DNA from: Mobula hypostoma
Taxonomy: Eukaryota
DNA length: 64,000 nt
Reading direction: 5' to 3'
NCBI RefSeq assembly: GCF_963921235.1
Contig: NC_086108.1
Span: 40,054,001 to 40,118,000, forward strand
Below the pieces are notes generated by a model, which worked only from the letters and a program-made list of their open reading frames with translations, had not been told where the DNA came from and did no database searches. Shown one piece after another: positions 11,051 to 23,369 of the stretch. Both the position numbers and the translations under genes were made by a program. How positions within the stretch are numbered: the stretch's first letter is position 1; every line of letters starts with the position of its first letter.

Positions 11051-11664
11051 ACCATTATGTTTAATGTTTCAAAGGGAAGAAAGAAAAACAAAAATATGAA
11101 AGCAGCAGTGTAAAACACTTTAGCACTGGGTTCTGACAACAATACACAGGTTGATACTATAGCTGGTAATAACATAAGGCAGTAAGGACTAATGGCCTTT
11201 TCTTTTAAGGAGATACTCTCATTTTGAAGTTCCAATGTGATAATTTCATGATTTAGGTCAGGCAACAAGAGCAGAGCAAACCACTCCCTTTATAGGTCCC
11301 TGTTGTGATACACAGCCACTAAACTCAGTGCTGTTAGTACAGGCTGAGCTTCACCATCATTTAAAAAAAAATCAGGTGATGTATGTGCTGCCTGCATCAA
11401 AAGCAATGGGCACGGGTTAATTGCACTTTGTAATTCTCTTGTCCAAAATCGGGGCAATTGAATTTAGCTCCTGTTGATGTGATGGCAAGGAATTTATGCT
11501 AAAGTGTTCTAAGTTACCAGTTAGGCCCCAGCTGGAGAATCATGCCCACTCTGCACTCCACACTCTAATAGGATGTCAGGCATAGAACTGTAGAATTAGC
11601 AATGCAGTGACAGGTTCGAGGGATTTCAGGTATAGGGGAAAACTGGACAGTACAGGACGACAGC

Positions 11665-12100
11665 TTGGTTTATTATTGTCACATGTACTGAAGTACAATG
11701 AAAAACTTCATTTTGCATTTCATTACAGCAGTACATTGAGGTAGAACAAGGTAAAAAGCAGTAACAGAATTTGGAATAAAGTGTTACAGAGAAAGTGCAA
11801 TGCAGGAAGACAATAAGGTGCAAGGCCTTGACGAGGCAGATTGTGAGGTCAAGAGTCCATCCTTATTGAACAAGGGGACCATTCAATAGCCTTAGAACAG
11901 CAGGATAGAAGTTGTTTTGCGTGCTGGTGGCACTTGCTTTCTTCTGCCCAATGGAAGAAGAGAGAAGGGAGAAAACCCGAAGAGGGTATTATTTTTGATT
12001 ATGCTGGATGCTTTACTGAAGCAGCGAGAAGTGTAGATAGAGTCTATTGAAGATAGGTTGGTTTTTATTATGGACTGAGCTGTGTCCACCATTCTACCCA
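11665..12100 (-). mobile_element. Rex1-type LINE 3' end
   Basis: Encodes VDTAQSIIKTNLSSIDSIYTSRCFSKASSIIK...FSLLPLGRR, followed by the 3' UTR. Confidence 0.8.
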
Positions 12101-12199
12101 GTCTCAGAAACTAACTTGCTTCGTTTCCTCATTTTCAGTTCTGATGCAAGGTTTCAGACATTAAAATGGGTGCCCTAGGTCTCGCTCCTTCAAGTAGTT

Positions 12200-13210
12200 G
12201 TCCAGGTGTCTCTTAAAAGTTGTTACAGTCACTGGCTCCACCATCTCTTCTGGGAGCAAATTCCAGATACCGACCACTCTGTGTGAAAAGTTTATCACTG
12301 AGATCCTGTTTAAACCTCCTTTCTTTCACCTTAAGCTTATGTCAGCTAGTTTTAGACACCCCTACCATGGGAAATGACTATCTATCCTATCTATACCTCT
12401 CATAAATTTATCATGTCACCTCTCAGTTGACTTCGCTAGAAAATAGTCTCAGCCTGTCCAAATTCAAGCCCTCCAATCCAGGCAATATCCTTTAGTATCT
12501 TCTGCACCTTCTTCTAGCTTAATCACATTTTTCCTATGGTGTGCTAATCCGAACTGCACACTCCAAGTGTGGCCTAACTAACATTTTTACAAGAGTAGCA
12601 GCTCTCATCCCAACTCTTGTATTCAGTGCTTCAGACGATGAAAGGAAAACATATCAAACAGCTTCTTCACCACCTTGGTAATCTGTGTTGCCTCTTCTTT
12701 CAGGGATCTCTGCCCTAGAACCACTAGGTCTCTCTTTTCAGCAAAACTCCCTAGTTTAACTTGCAAAAATTCATGATTTTGCACTTCAGACACAAGGACA
12801 TCTGCAGATGCTGGAAATCCAAGCAACATACACAAATTGCTGGATTTTGCAGCACTTTGATTTAAATTTCATCTGCCCATTTTCCTGGTTGACCAATATT
12901 CTACAGTAACCTTAAACAGACTTCTTCACTGTCCACTGTATCACCAGTTTTGGTATCACCTGCAAATTTACTGAACACATAAGTTACATTCCCATCCAGA
13001 CCATTAATATATTTGACAAAAAACAGAGGACCCAGCACTGAACCCTGAGGCATACCAGAGGTCACAGCCTTTAATATCAGAGACAAACTTCCACCACCTC
13101 CCCCTGCCTCCTATCGCCAAGCCAGTCTTGTATCTAATAGACACATCAGACCGAAATCCATGTATTGTAAATTCTGGACCAGTCTACCATGCAGGACCTT
13201 GTCAAATGTG
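12200..13210 (-). mobile_element. Degraded CR1 LINE (RT to C-terminus)
   Basis: VTSGMPQGSVLGPLFFVKYINGLD..SKFAGDTKTG. A small Penelope-like fragment sits at about 12788-12850. Confidence 0.8.
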
Positions 13211-13289
13211 TGACTATTTCTAGCACTCTCTATTTTTGTTTCATGTTTTCAGCAGTTTTTTTGATTACCATACCACATTGGTTTATTTT

Positions 13290-14060
13290 TGTCAATAATA
13301 ATATTGAGGCACAGTGAAATTCTTGCCTTGCATATTGTCCACACAGATCAATTCACTAGAACAATCATTGATGTAGTACCAGGTAAGACGATAACAGAGT
13401 GCAGAATGAAGTATTACAGTACAAGTAAAGTACATTGCAGGTAAACAGAAAGGTGCAAGGTCACACCGAGGTAGATTGTGAGGTCAGGAGTCCATTGTAT
13501 TGTACTAGGGGACCATTCAATAGTCATATAACAATGGGATAGAAGCTCTCCTTGAGCCTGCTGGTACATGCTTTCAGGCTTTTCTATCTTCTGCCTGACT
13601 GGGTTGGGGGTGGTGTGGAGAAGAGAGAGTGTCCAGGCTGGTTGGGGCCTTTGATTATGCTGGCTGGTTTATTGAGGCGGTGGGAAATGTAAACAGAGTC
13701 TGTGGAGGAGAGTCTGGTTTCTGTGATCCGCTGAACTGTGTCCACAACTCTGCAGTTTTTTCTAGTTGCCATGATGCATCTGGATAGGATGCTTTCTCTG
13801 GTGCATCAGTAAAAAAAAAATTGGTGAGGGTCATAGGCGGCATGCCAAATCTCTTTAGCCTCCTGAGGAAGTAGAGGCACTGGGGAGCTTTCTTGGCCGT
13901 GGCATCAGTGTAGGTTGACTAGGACATGCTATTGGTGATGCCCACTCCTAGGAACTAGAAACTCTCAACCCTCTCAACCTCAGCACCATTTATGTAAATA
14001 GGGCCACGTGCACCGTTCCTGCTTCCTGGTCAATGACCAGCTCTTCCATTTTGCTGATAT
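13290..14060 (-). mobile_element. Rex1-type LINE 3' portion
   Basis: RVVDTVQRITETRLSSTDSVYISHRLNKPASIIK, plus a 3' UTR homologous to 11665-12100. Confidence 0.8.
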
Positions 14061-14276
14061 TTTTTCAGTAATTTATCCACTCATTAATTTATCACTAATT
14101 TACCCCATGATGAGCAACTCTTTATATATGCCTCTTCACCACACTCCCTTAGAAAAATGCTCATTGGAAAGCAACACATTATGGAAAGACGTCTAATGTG
14201 GTGGAGTTAGAAAAAATCTTTTGGATAATATGTCTTGTAGTCTTCTAGTTGAAGAAATAAAGTTCATGAATACACA

Positions 14277-14973
14277 TGTAGCCCCCCTGGCCAGCCTCAG
14301 GGTCGCTCGGCTCGCTGTCGTCTAGGGAAACAGCCCTCGGCCCTGGCAAACTGGGTAATAGTTTGTGTGGATGCTGTGTGCTGTACCCCACCCCGCCCAA
14401 ATAACGGATAATACACCAGATACGATTAAATGATTTACAGTTTATAGATATTACTGGAACTATATAATTAATAGAGAATAAAATATAAAAGGAAAATAAA
14501 AGGCGCCACACTTAGCAAAGTTCAATCTCTTCGTGCACAAACAGTTGGAGCTCAGGACCCTTCTTCTTCACCTTGCGACCCCTCGGTCCACCTCGACCGG
14601 CCGCCTGGGACCAACAACGGTGGTCGACTAGACGCTCCACACGAGTCTGTCTCCGTCTCCCCTCCTCGCCAAACGCCCTCCTCAGGATCCGACCCCATTA
14701 GCAGACATCATAGCACCTGGTTAATCCTCTGTCCCTCTCCCGCCTTCTGACCCAAAACCCCGCGCATACAAGATCTTCAGACACACCAAAAGCATAACAA
14801 CTATCGCAATTGGTTCATTCGTCCTCATATCAATAGATAATACAAAACAAACTGCTAGCGGGAAAGACTTTCTCAGTGTTTAACATAACAAAGAAGCATT
14901 CCCAAGTATAACATAACAAAGAAGCCATTTTAATTAGCCTACACAGTAACATAAAAGACGAAACCCCCTGACA
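14277..14973 (-). mobile_element. Solo LTR (697 bp), Gypsy- or ERV1-type
   Basis: TGTA...GACA termini, 4-bp TSD CACA (14273-14276, 14974-14977), CpG-rich. Orientation is inferred and uncertain. Confidence 0.75.
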
Positions 14974-16164
14974 CACAGTTGCCAGATTATGAGACAAACA
15001 TCTCTTAGAAAGCAGCTTTTCCAGGAACTAAGCATAGATTCATCTTCTCACCTGCCTGTCATAAAGACTTTGATCTGGAATGAGTGGTGGGTTATAAGAA
15101 TAAAGTAAATCTGATGATGGATGTAAATATTGTTTCTCTCTGCTTTTGAGTTATGATTATTTCCCATAGCTTCTACTTTGCTTTGAATCAAGTCATACTT
15201 GGTTGGTTCAACTGTGACCCCAAGAGACAGGAGAGATCAGAGGTGATAATTTGTGACTTTGGAATTCTGGAAGAAACCAATACTTTCCCTGATCCTTGCT
15301 CTCACAGATTCCCACAAAGGAAGATTTCCATTATATCCAGACTGGACAAACACCATTCAAAAATCAGAAACAGGTATCAGATGATTCAGTATCTTGGGCA
15401 CAGTCCTTTAAATCCATCAATATTCAATTCAAAAGATGGGGGGGTGGGTACCATCTAAAATATTCTACTTCAGGCAAGTGGTAGTTTACATAAAAGGGAC
15501 ATTAAAAAAAAACATCCTAGTTGTATATTCTGCCTCTGACTTTTACACTTGAAATCTTCAGTAAATCTTCAGTATTAATTGTAATCATTTAAAGAGGAGC
15601 TGTTGTAAAATCATTCACAAGGACAAGAATGTCTGGCCACAGACAGAGTTGTTCTGAACTCCATTTTAAAGGCAAGGAAAACTGTCAGAAATACAGTACC
15701 TTATTGAAATCCATGTTTACTCATTTCAAATCTGTGGTTTCTCAGACACAGTTTGATTAAACCACCAAGGACTTCTGCCAAGGCTAAATGAAAATTCTTG
15801 AAGTATGCCTTGATTCCATATAGTGGTTACTACAGATGCAATAGTTGATCTATTAATTGTACATTTTATTACTTTTGTTCACTTGTTGCTCATAAACTGT
15901 ATGGACCAGTGTAGGCTAATAGTCCTTTCAGTAGGACAGGATCAACTTTATTCACCATTCTATATATACGTACATGTATTGGGAATTTGCTGTGGTGTTG
16001 ATCAAGGTGCAATACGCAACCAAAATAATCAACAATTATAAAGAATAAAGAAATATATATATATATATAAATTAAGGATTATATATAAAAAATTTCAAGC
16101 CATTCCAAGCTCTTTCTTATTACAGGTCCCCTCTGTCAGTACTACTTTTAGATTAAAAGACAAA

Positions 16165-16345
16165 CGGCTGAAAACTCAGAAGGTCATGCAGCATCTGCAG
16201 AAGAAAAAGAACAGTCAATTTTTCAGGTCAAGTCCCTTCAACTAGACTGAATGATAGGACGGGAGGTGGGAATAGCCATTATAAGATTGTGAGGGGAAAG
16301 AGTGGAGCAAGAACTGGCAAGTGAAAGGTGAACAGGGGTCAAAAG
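16165..16345 (-). mobile_element. Degraded Penelope-like 3' terminus
   Basis: ctgaaaactcagaaggtcatgcagcatctg...aacagtcaatttttcaggtcaagtcccttcaactagactg. Confidence 0.6.
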
Positions 16346-16354
16346 AAGATTGTG

Positions 16355-16930
16355 CAAAAAAAACAAATCCAGTGAGCTGCAGTTCTGTGGGCGAAAATGC
16401 CTTGTTAATGATTGTGATCAGAGGAGAATGGCAGACTGGTTCAAGCTGACAGGAAGGCAACAGTTACTAAAGTAATTACGCATTGCAACAGAAGTGTGCA
16501 GAAGAGCATCTCTGAACACACAACACATTGAACTTTGAAGCCGGTAAGCTACAACAGCAGAAGACCATGAACATGTACTCAGTGGCCACTTGATTGGGAA
16601 CAGGTCAATGTTCTTGTTCTGTTTAGTGTGTGGGGAGAGGGGTAGTTGATGTTCTTGTTGTGTTTTGTGTGGGGGGGAGGAGGGGTTTGGTGTTCTTGTT
16701 GCATTTTGTGCAGGGGATGGGGGTTTGGGGGGGTTGATTATTGGGACGCTGTTCTCTTTTTGTGCGGGGGTAGATGGATTTGATGTTTCTCTCTGAACAA
16801 CTTTCATGTTCTTTCTTTGTTTCATGGCTGTCTGGAGAAGACGAATCTCAGAGTTGTATATGGATACATGCTTTGATAGTAAATGAATCTTTGAACCTTT
16901 GAACCTTCAATAAAGTGGCCACTAAGTGTA
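16355..16930 (+). mobile_element. Tc1-derived non-autonomous element with an inserted G/T-rich LINE-like tail (about 16610-16908)
   Basis: Tc1 transposase-like DNA (ccagtgagctgcagttctgtgggcgaaaatgccttgtt) and TIR-like ctcagtggccactt / aataaagtggccactaagtgta. Confidence 0.65.
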
Positions 16931-17109
16931 CATCTCCAGGGTTAAGTTGGTTCATTCTGATATGCCTGTGATCAGGTTAGAATCGAGTGATTGACAAGTC
17001 TATGGTAATGGAATTACTTCTAGTACCTGCTACGTCTGCATGGTGGTGGACATGCATACTGGGCCACAAAACACCAATAGCATTGAGTAAACACAAGGGA
17101 GGCTGACAG

Positions 17110-17295
17110 TCTTGAGCAACACACAAAATGTTGGACGAAATCAGCAAGTCAGTTAGGATCTATGGAGGGGAATAAACAGTCAACATTTCGGGCTAAGACG
17201 CTTCATCAGGACATACTCCTCATGAAGGTTCTTTGTCCAAAATATTGTCTGTTTATTCCCCTCCTTATATGCTGCCCGATTTGCTGAGTAACTGA
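17110..17295. mobile_element. Inverted pair of Penelope-like termini with decayed hammerheads
   Basis: ggaggggaataaacag...cttcatcagga | tcctcatgaagg...ctgtttattcccctcc. Confidence 0.75.
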
Positions 17296-17649
17296 GTAAA
17301 TATTTCTGTCTGTATCACCGTCCAGAGGAAGATGAGTTAACCTGCTCGCCTTCTGCTACTTTGTTCCCCCTCCTCCTGATCTACCCATTTCCTCTTACAC
17401 CTACCCCATCTCCAGCAGTCTATTACCCTGCTTCTTCCCTCTCCTTCACCCTCTCCTATCTGTTCAGCACTCACACACTCCTCTGACTGGGTTCCCTTCT
17501 CCTACTGTTCCCATCTGCCCACCCCATCTCTTCTATTTGATTCCATGCTCCACTGTCCTTTGCTATCAAATTCCATCTTCTGTAGCCCTTTGTTCTCTCC
17601 ACCCATCTCCTCCCAGCCTCTCTTTCCACTCTTCCCTCCTCCATTGTCT

Positions 17650-17914
17650 GTAAACCCCAGAAACTGTTGTGTGTGAAAATCTCTGGAAATCAGTAATTTC
17701 TGACCTTGAACCATCCTGTTTGACACCAACGGTCATTCCACAGTTGAAGTCACTTAGAACACATTTCCTCCACATTCTGTTGTTTGGTCTGAACAACAAC
17801 TGAACCATGTCTGCATGCTTTTATGCAGAGAATTGCTGCTACATATTTGGCTGATTAGATATTTGCATTAATGAGCAGGTGTGTACGTGTACCTAATAAA
17901 GTGGCCACTGAGTG
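17650..17914 (-). mobile_element. Tc1-like transposon 5' end
   Basis: TIR cactcagtggccactttattaggtac on the minus strand. KCVLSDFNCGMTVGVKQDG..FSHTTVSGVYRQW is the Tc1 N-terminal HTH. Confidence 0.8.
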
Positions 17915-18023
17915 TTTGTTCAGGTTCTATGTTGTTGGAAAATATCAAAGATTTCCTCATATTCCTTTCTAATGTATTCATAATAGACAATTGATAATGC
18001 TGAAATAGACCCTGTGACCATTT

Positions 18024-18430
18024 CTCTAACTTCCGCTAATGCCCCACCTCCCCCTCGTACCCCATCTGTTATTTATTTTTATACACACATTCTTTCTCTC
18101 TCTCCTTTTTCTCCCTCTGTCCCTCTGACTATACCCCTTGCCCATCCTCTGGGTCCCCCCCCCCTTGTCTTTCTTCCCGGACCTCCTGTCCCATGGTCCT
18201 CTCATATCCCCTTTGCCAATCACCTGTCCAGCTCTTGGCTCCATCCCTCCCCCTCCTGTCTTCTCCTATCATTTTGGATCTCCCTCTCCCCCTCCCACTT
18301 TCAAATCTCTTACTAACTCTTCCTTCAGTTAGTCCTGACGAAGGGTCACGGCCTGAAACGTCGACTGTACCTCTTCCTAGAGATGCTGCCTGGCCTGCTG
18401 CGTTCACCAGCAACTTTGATGTGTGTTGCT
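18024..18430 (+). mobile_element. Young 5'-truncated Penelope-like element (3' region)
   Basis: Perfect flanking duplication ctgtgaccattt (18012-18023, 18429-18440), pyrimidine-rich body and an intact hammerhead. Confidence 0.85.
18330..18367 (+). ncRNA. Minimal type I hammerhead ribozyme
   Basis: UAGUC-CUGACGA-AGG(gucacgg)CCU-GAA-ACGU-C^GACUG. Confidence 0.85.
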
Positions 18431-19964
18431 GTGACCATTTAGCAGAGCTCCATTCCATACCCCATCCAAAGTATTTTTGCTCCACGGTTTATAGACAACA
18501 CCGCATTCATTGGAAATGGAAACATTTATTCAAATGCAAAATGCTTAAAATGAAAATGCGGAGGTAGAAAAGCACAAGACAGAGGACGTATCAAATGATA
18601 ATTCATGGTGTAAGCAGTTCCTGCTTCCTATTATATAACCCAGGGATCCTTGCACAGAGAAGAGCCAGGTTTCCATAAAAGACTTTGTGCAAAATCTTTC
18701 TTTAAAACAATATGTGGCTTTTATGAGCTATTGCATTCCTTAGTTCCATAGCTGTATTTTCTTCTGTGAGATCCAGGTGGAAGAAATGTTAATTTGTGTC
18801 TCTAACGAGGTGATAAGAGCTTTTCTAAAGAGCCTGAGATTGTAAAACTCGTATTCTTCATCTTGGAATACTTTATAAGAATTCCATACTGACTGGAGTA
18901 CTGGGGGGAAAAAAGCATGTAATGATGCAGGCATCCATTGAATTAAGGATATGTGCTAATTGTAAATAATTTCTGGCATTTGCTGAATGTCATTTTAATG
19001 AGATGCCATTCAGTGGCTGGTTTCCTTTTATATCTCACAGTACTTAATGTCACCTTCTTTCAGGGAATAAAACTAGCACTTATTAATGCACAGGACTATA
19101 ATCTATTCTTTAACTTGAAAGATTTGGAACAAATGGATTGCGGTGTGGTTTTCATTCCTTAGATTTTAAGGCTAAAAGAATCCACTATTTTAAATTAGGG
19201 TTTGAATATCCTCATCTACTTTCAAAAATAATAGAAGTGATTTCTAAAGGTTGGTTGTGAGATTAGTCTATAGTGAATTCTTTGACCTTGAAAGCTTTTC
19301 TTTGTCCTTATATTGTATTAACTGTACCCTAGAATCTACAAGTGCCTAAAATGCCCTTTTCCCCATGGACACCCACTCTTTTCCCTTCACTTTCTTTACA
19401 CATTTCAAGGTTTTCTTTATCAAAAGTAAATTTCAGCCCCCCCCCACCCACGATACATGAACTGTTGCTTTCCACAAAGTGCTAAACCCTCTAAACAAAC
19501 AAACAAACAGAATGTCATAGAGATTTAATTTATGCTGTTTCGTTCTCGCTGCGTTGTTGCCTAATCTGCATATGAACATTTGGTCTTAATCATAGAGTGC
19601 AATTGTTGAAGGAAGATTAAAAGCACATCATCACACAGTGATAAATGCCAGTAACAAACTCAAAATAAAGTAGGGTAATTGCTGTTCCCAATAAATATCA
19701 CAGCCATAATCTAAAATACAGCTGAAAAGATCTTGGTATATACTTATAAAACACTGCAGAAAATGAAGGGCTCCTTATTAACATGAGCAATTGATAAGGA
19801 TAAAAAAAATAAAACGTGAAGGTAGGCAAATCTTTATAATGGTATCGTAGGTTTAGATTTCCTGTGTTACAAGAGCCCATTGTCTTAGTCAAGTGCTGCT
19901 TTGGTGCCTTTTCTCAAGGTTCATGGAATGATTTAACACAGAAAGAAGCCATTGGGCCCATTTT

Positions 19965-21090
19965 GCTAAGCAGTTTCATGTGTGTCACCTTGACAAAGGA
20001 CTTCTGAAAATCGAAGTAAACAACATCTACTGACTCTCCTTTGCCTATCGTCTGTTACTTCTTCAAAGAATTCCAACAGATTTGTCAGGCAAAATTTCCC
20101 CTTAAGGAAACCATGATGGTTTCGGCCTATTTTATCATGTGCCTCCAGGTACCCTGAAACCTCATCCTTAATAATGGACTCCAACATCTTCCCAACAACT
20201 GAAGTTTGACCACAGCTAACTGGCTTATAGTTTCCTTCTTTTGCCCGTAACTAGTGGTGTTCCGCAGGGCTCGATGTTGGAATTGTACCTTTTCACGTTA
20301 TATGTTAGCGGGTGCCACGGCATTATAACAAATAGTGCGATGCTATTAGAGCTTGTGGCGTCGAAGTTTGGAATTCAGTTCCAGTGTTCTCTGTAAGAAA
20401 GTTTGTACATTCTTCCCGTGTGCACATGCGTTTCCTTCGGGTACACTGGTTTTCTCCCAAAATCCAAAGACGTACCGGTTAGTAGGTTAATTGGTCATCG
20501 TATTGTTCTGTCATTAAACTAGGGTTAAATCGGTGGTTTGCTGGGTGGGGCAGCTCGGTAGGCAGGAAAGGTCTGTTCCATGCTGTATCTCTCTAAGTAA
20601 AACAAAATAATGATATGGATGGTGGGAATTAAAGGGTTAACATTTGAGGAACCTTTGACGGCTCTGGGCCTGTACTCACTGGAGTTTAGAAGAATGAGGG
20701 AGATCTCATTGAAACCTATCAAATATTGAAATACTTAGATAGAGTGGTGTGGAGATGACGTTTCCTGCAATGGGGTAGTCTAGGAGCAGAGGGCACAGCC
20801 TCAGAATGGAGGAACGCCAATTTAGAACAGAGATGGGGAGGAATTTCTTTAGTCAGTGGATGGTGAATCTGTGGAATTCATTGCCATAGATGGCTGTGGA
20901 GGCCAGGTCATTGGGTATATTTAAAGCTGAGGTTTACAGGTTATTGATTAATCTATGCATCAAAGATTATGGGGAGGAGGCAGGAGAATGGGGTTGAAAG
21001 GAATAATAAATCAGCCATGATGGATTGGTGGTGCAGACTCAATGGGCCAAATGGCAAATGTCTGCTCCTGTGCCTCCTGGTCTTAGTAAA
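19965..21090. mobile_element. CR1 LINE pieces: inverted RT segment (19965-20245, minus) joined to forward RT and 3' end (plus)
   Basis: Minus strand: MLESIIKDEVSGYLE..HHGFLKGKFCLTNLLEFFEEV. Plus strand: PVTSGVPQG, then the C-terminus and tail at 20615-21090. Confidence 0.75.
20308..20610 (+). mobile_element. V-SINE/HE1-like SINE
   Basis: tRNA-like head, core gtttgtacattcttcccgtgtg...ctcccaaaatccaaagacgtaccggttagtaggttaattggtcat, CR1-like tail and A-rich end. Confidence 0.75.
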
Positions 21091-21439
21091 ACAATTAAAC
21101 TCACTTATGCATCCTGACACTCTTGAATTTCTGGCATATTGTTTAGTAGCGTTGTAGATTTTGGGGCAGAATGGCCTGCTCCTGTTCCTAATTTTGTGTT
21201 GGTATGTACTCCATTATGTAATATGTTCAAGGACTCAATATTTTTGAAAAGAACTTGTTCAAGAAATGGGCTGGGATTAATATCAATGGATTCAGTTTCA
21301 TCTGCTTTGTGAATCCTGAATTCCAGATACTTAAGTGCGTGATCCATTCTAGTGAGGAATGAGGCTTGCCCAGTTGCACGTCACAGGTCGTTGTGAGCCC
21401 TATCCACTGCTGGAGTTACTGTGTGTAATCTCCGACCTT

Positions 21440-22103
21440 TGATATTCGCTCCCCAGACAGTCCTTCCATGTGAGGCAACACTTCAACTGCAAAACGGTTG
21501 GGGTTGTCTGTTGCATACGGTGCTCCACCTGTGGCCTCCTCTACATTGGTGAGATCTGTCGTAAACTGGGGGACTGCTCCATCCGCCAAAGGCAGAATTT
21601 CCCGGTGGCCAACCATTTTAATTCCCATTCCCATTCCGACATGTCGATCCATGGCCTTGTCTTCTGTCATGATGAGGCCCCTCTCAGGGTGGAGGAGCAA
21701 CACCTCATATTCTGACTGGGAAGCCTTGAAACTAGTGGCATAAATATCGATTTCTCCTTCCGGTAAAAAAAAATTCCTTCCCTTTCCCTCTTCTTCTCTT
21801 CCCCACTCTGGCCTCTTACCTCTTCTCACCTGCCTGTCTCCTGCCCCAGTGACCCTCCTTCTTCCCTTTCTCCCATGCTCCACTCTCCTCTCCTATCAGA
21901 TTCCTTCCTCTACAGCCCTTTACTTTCCCACCAACCAGCCTTCACCCATCACCTTCTCGCCATCCTCCTTCCCCTTCCCCATCTTTTCATTCTGGCATCT
22001 CCCCACTTCCTTTCTGGTTCTGAGAAAGGGTCTTGGCCCGAAGCGTTGACTTCATTTCCATAGATGCTGCCTGTCCTGCTGAGCTCCTCCAACCATTTGT
22101 GTG
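21440..22103 (+). mobile_element. Penelope-like element 3' fragment with GIY-YIG endonuclease
   Basis: FNCKTVGVVCCIRCSTCGLLYIGE...PVANHFNSHSH...RVEEQHLIF, with a decayed hammerhead at about 22016-22052. Confidence 0.85.
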
Positions 22104-22105
22104 TA

Positions 22106-22770
22106 CAATCGGCCCTCCATATCCGCGGATTCAACCAACTGCAGATGGAAAATATTCGGAAAAAAAGTTCCAGGAAGTTCCAAAAAACAAAACCTGAATT
22201 TGCCGTGTGCCGAGCACTACGTTGAATCCACACGAATGAAGTGATGTGTAGCCTCACCCTGCTGTAGCCTCCCACCATTTCGCAGATCCTCAGTCTCTCT
22301 CTAGCACTCGTTGTTTGAGCACTGTTTGCCTCGCGTCTTGTTCGTTCGCTACTTGTGTTGTGAGCGAGAGGAAGGAGTTTAAGGCTAGTAAGGGATGGCT
22401 GGCTAGCTATGTAAAGCGCTACAGCCTCAAAAACTTAAAGATCACAGGAGAATCGCCATCGGCTAATGTCGAGGCAGCATCAGCGTTCCCAGAAGAGCTA
22501 CGATGGTTGCGTCTGTACTGAACGTGTACACTTTTTTTCTTGTCATTACTCCCTAAACAATACAATATAACAACTATTTACATAGCATTTACATTGTATT
22601 AGTATTAGGTATTATAAGTAATCTAGAGATGATTTAAAGTATACGGGAGGATGTGCATAGGTTATATACAAATACTACGCCATTTTATATAAGGGACTTG
22701 AGCATCCGTGGATTTTGGTAATCGCAGGGGGTCCTGGAACCAATCCCCCGTGGATACTGAGGGATGACTG
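22106..22770 (+). mobile_element. Tigger (pogo) non-autonomous DNA transposon, MER2/MER2B-like, with transposase fragment
   Basis: TA flanks, TIRs caatcggccctccatatccgcgg / ccgtggatactgagggatgactg, and internal KEFKASKGWLASYVKRYSLKNLKITGESPSANVEAASAFPEEL (end of the CENP-B-type HTH plus linker). Confidence 0.9.
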
Positions 22771-23369
22771 TATATCGAAACTTGTTGGTGTTTCAGCCCA
22801 GTGAGGTGCCTGTAAAGAAATGCTGGATCATGTATTGAGGGATGCACTGAAGCTTGTTGCAGCCAATGCTAAATCTCTGTGTGGTAGGACCACAGTCTCG
22901 GCTCCTTTCTCCACCGCACATGGAAGGACAGATGTGGGTGAGGAAGCAATGAAAGGGGTATCGCCTCAGGGAGCCACATGAATGGTAAAGGTGCTATGTT
23001 TCTTCAACAAAATAAGGTAACACGACAGCATGAAATGATCATAAATGTGAAAGGTTTGCGTTGTTACTTTTGTATATTTTTATTACGAATAGAGTCTATT
23101 TTTGAAATAAAAAAGTCAGGCTGACACAGTGCAGGCTGCAAGAGTATGTGTTCAGGGACGCACTGAGCTCGGTGCAGCCAATGCAAAGGCCCCATGGGGA
23201 AGGCCCCTTCCACGCCACACACGGAGAGGCTTAAACAGGTGGGCAAGCCTCTCTAACAATGAAAAGGTGTAGCACCCCAGGGGTCCACAGAATGCCAATG
23301 CTGTCTTGGTTTTAAAAATAAGTTAACACTACTGATTGTAATGGCTATGAATGTAAAAGTTTTTGCCCA

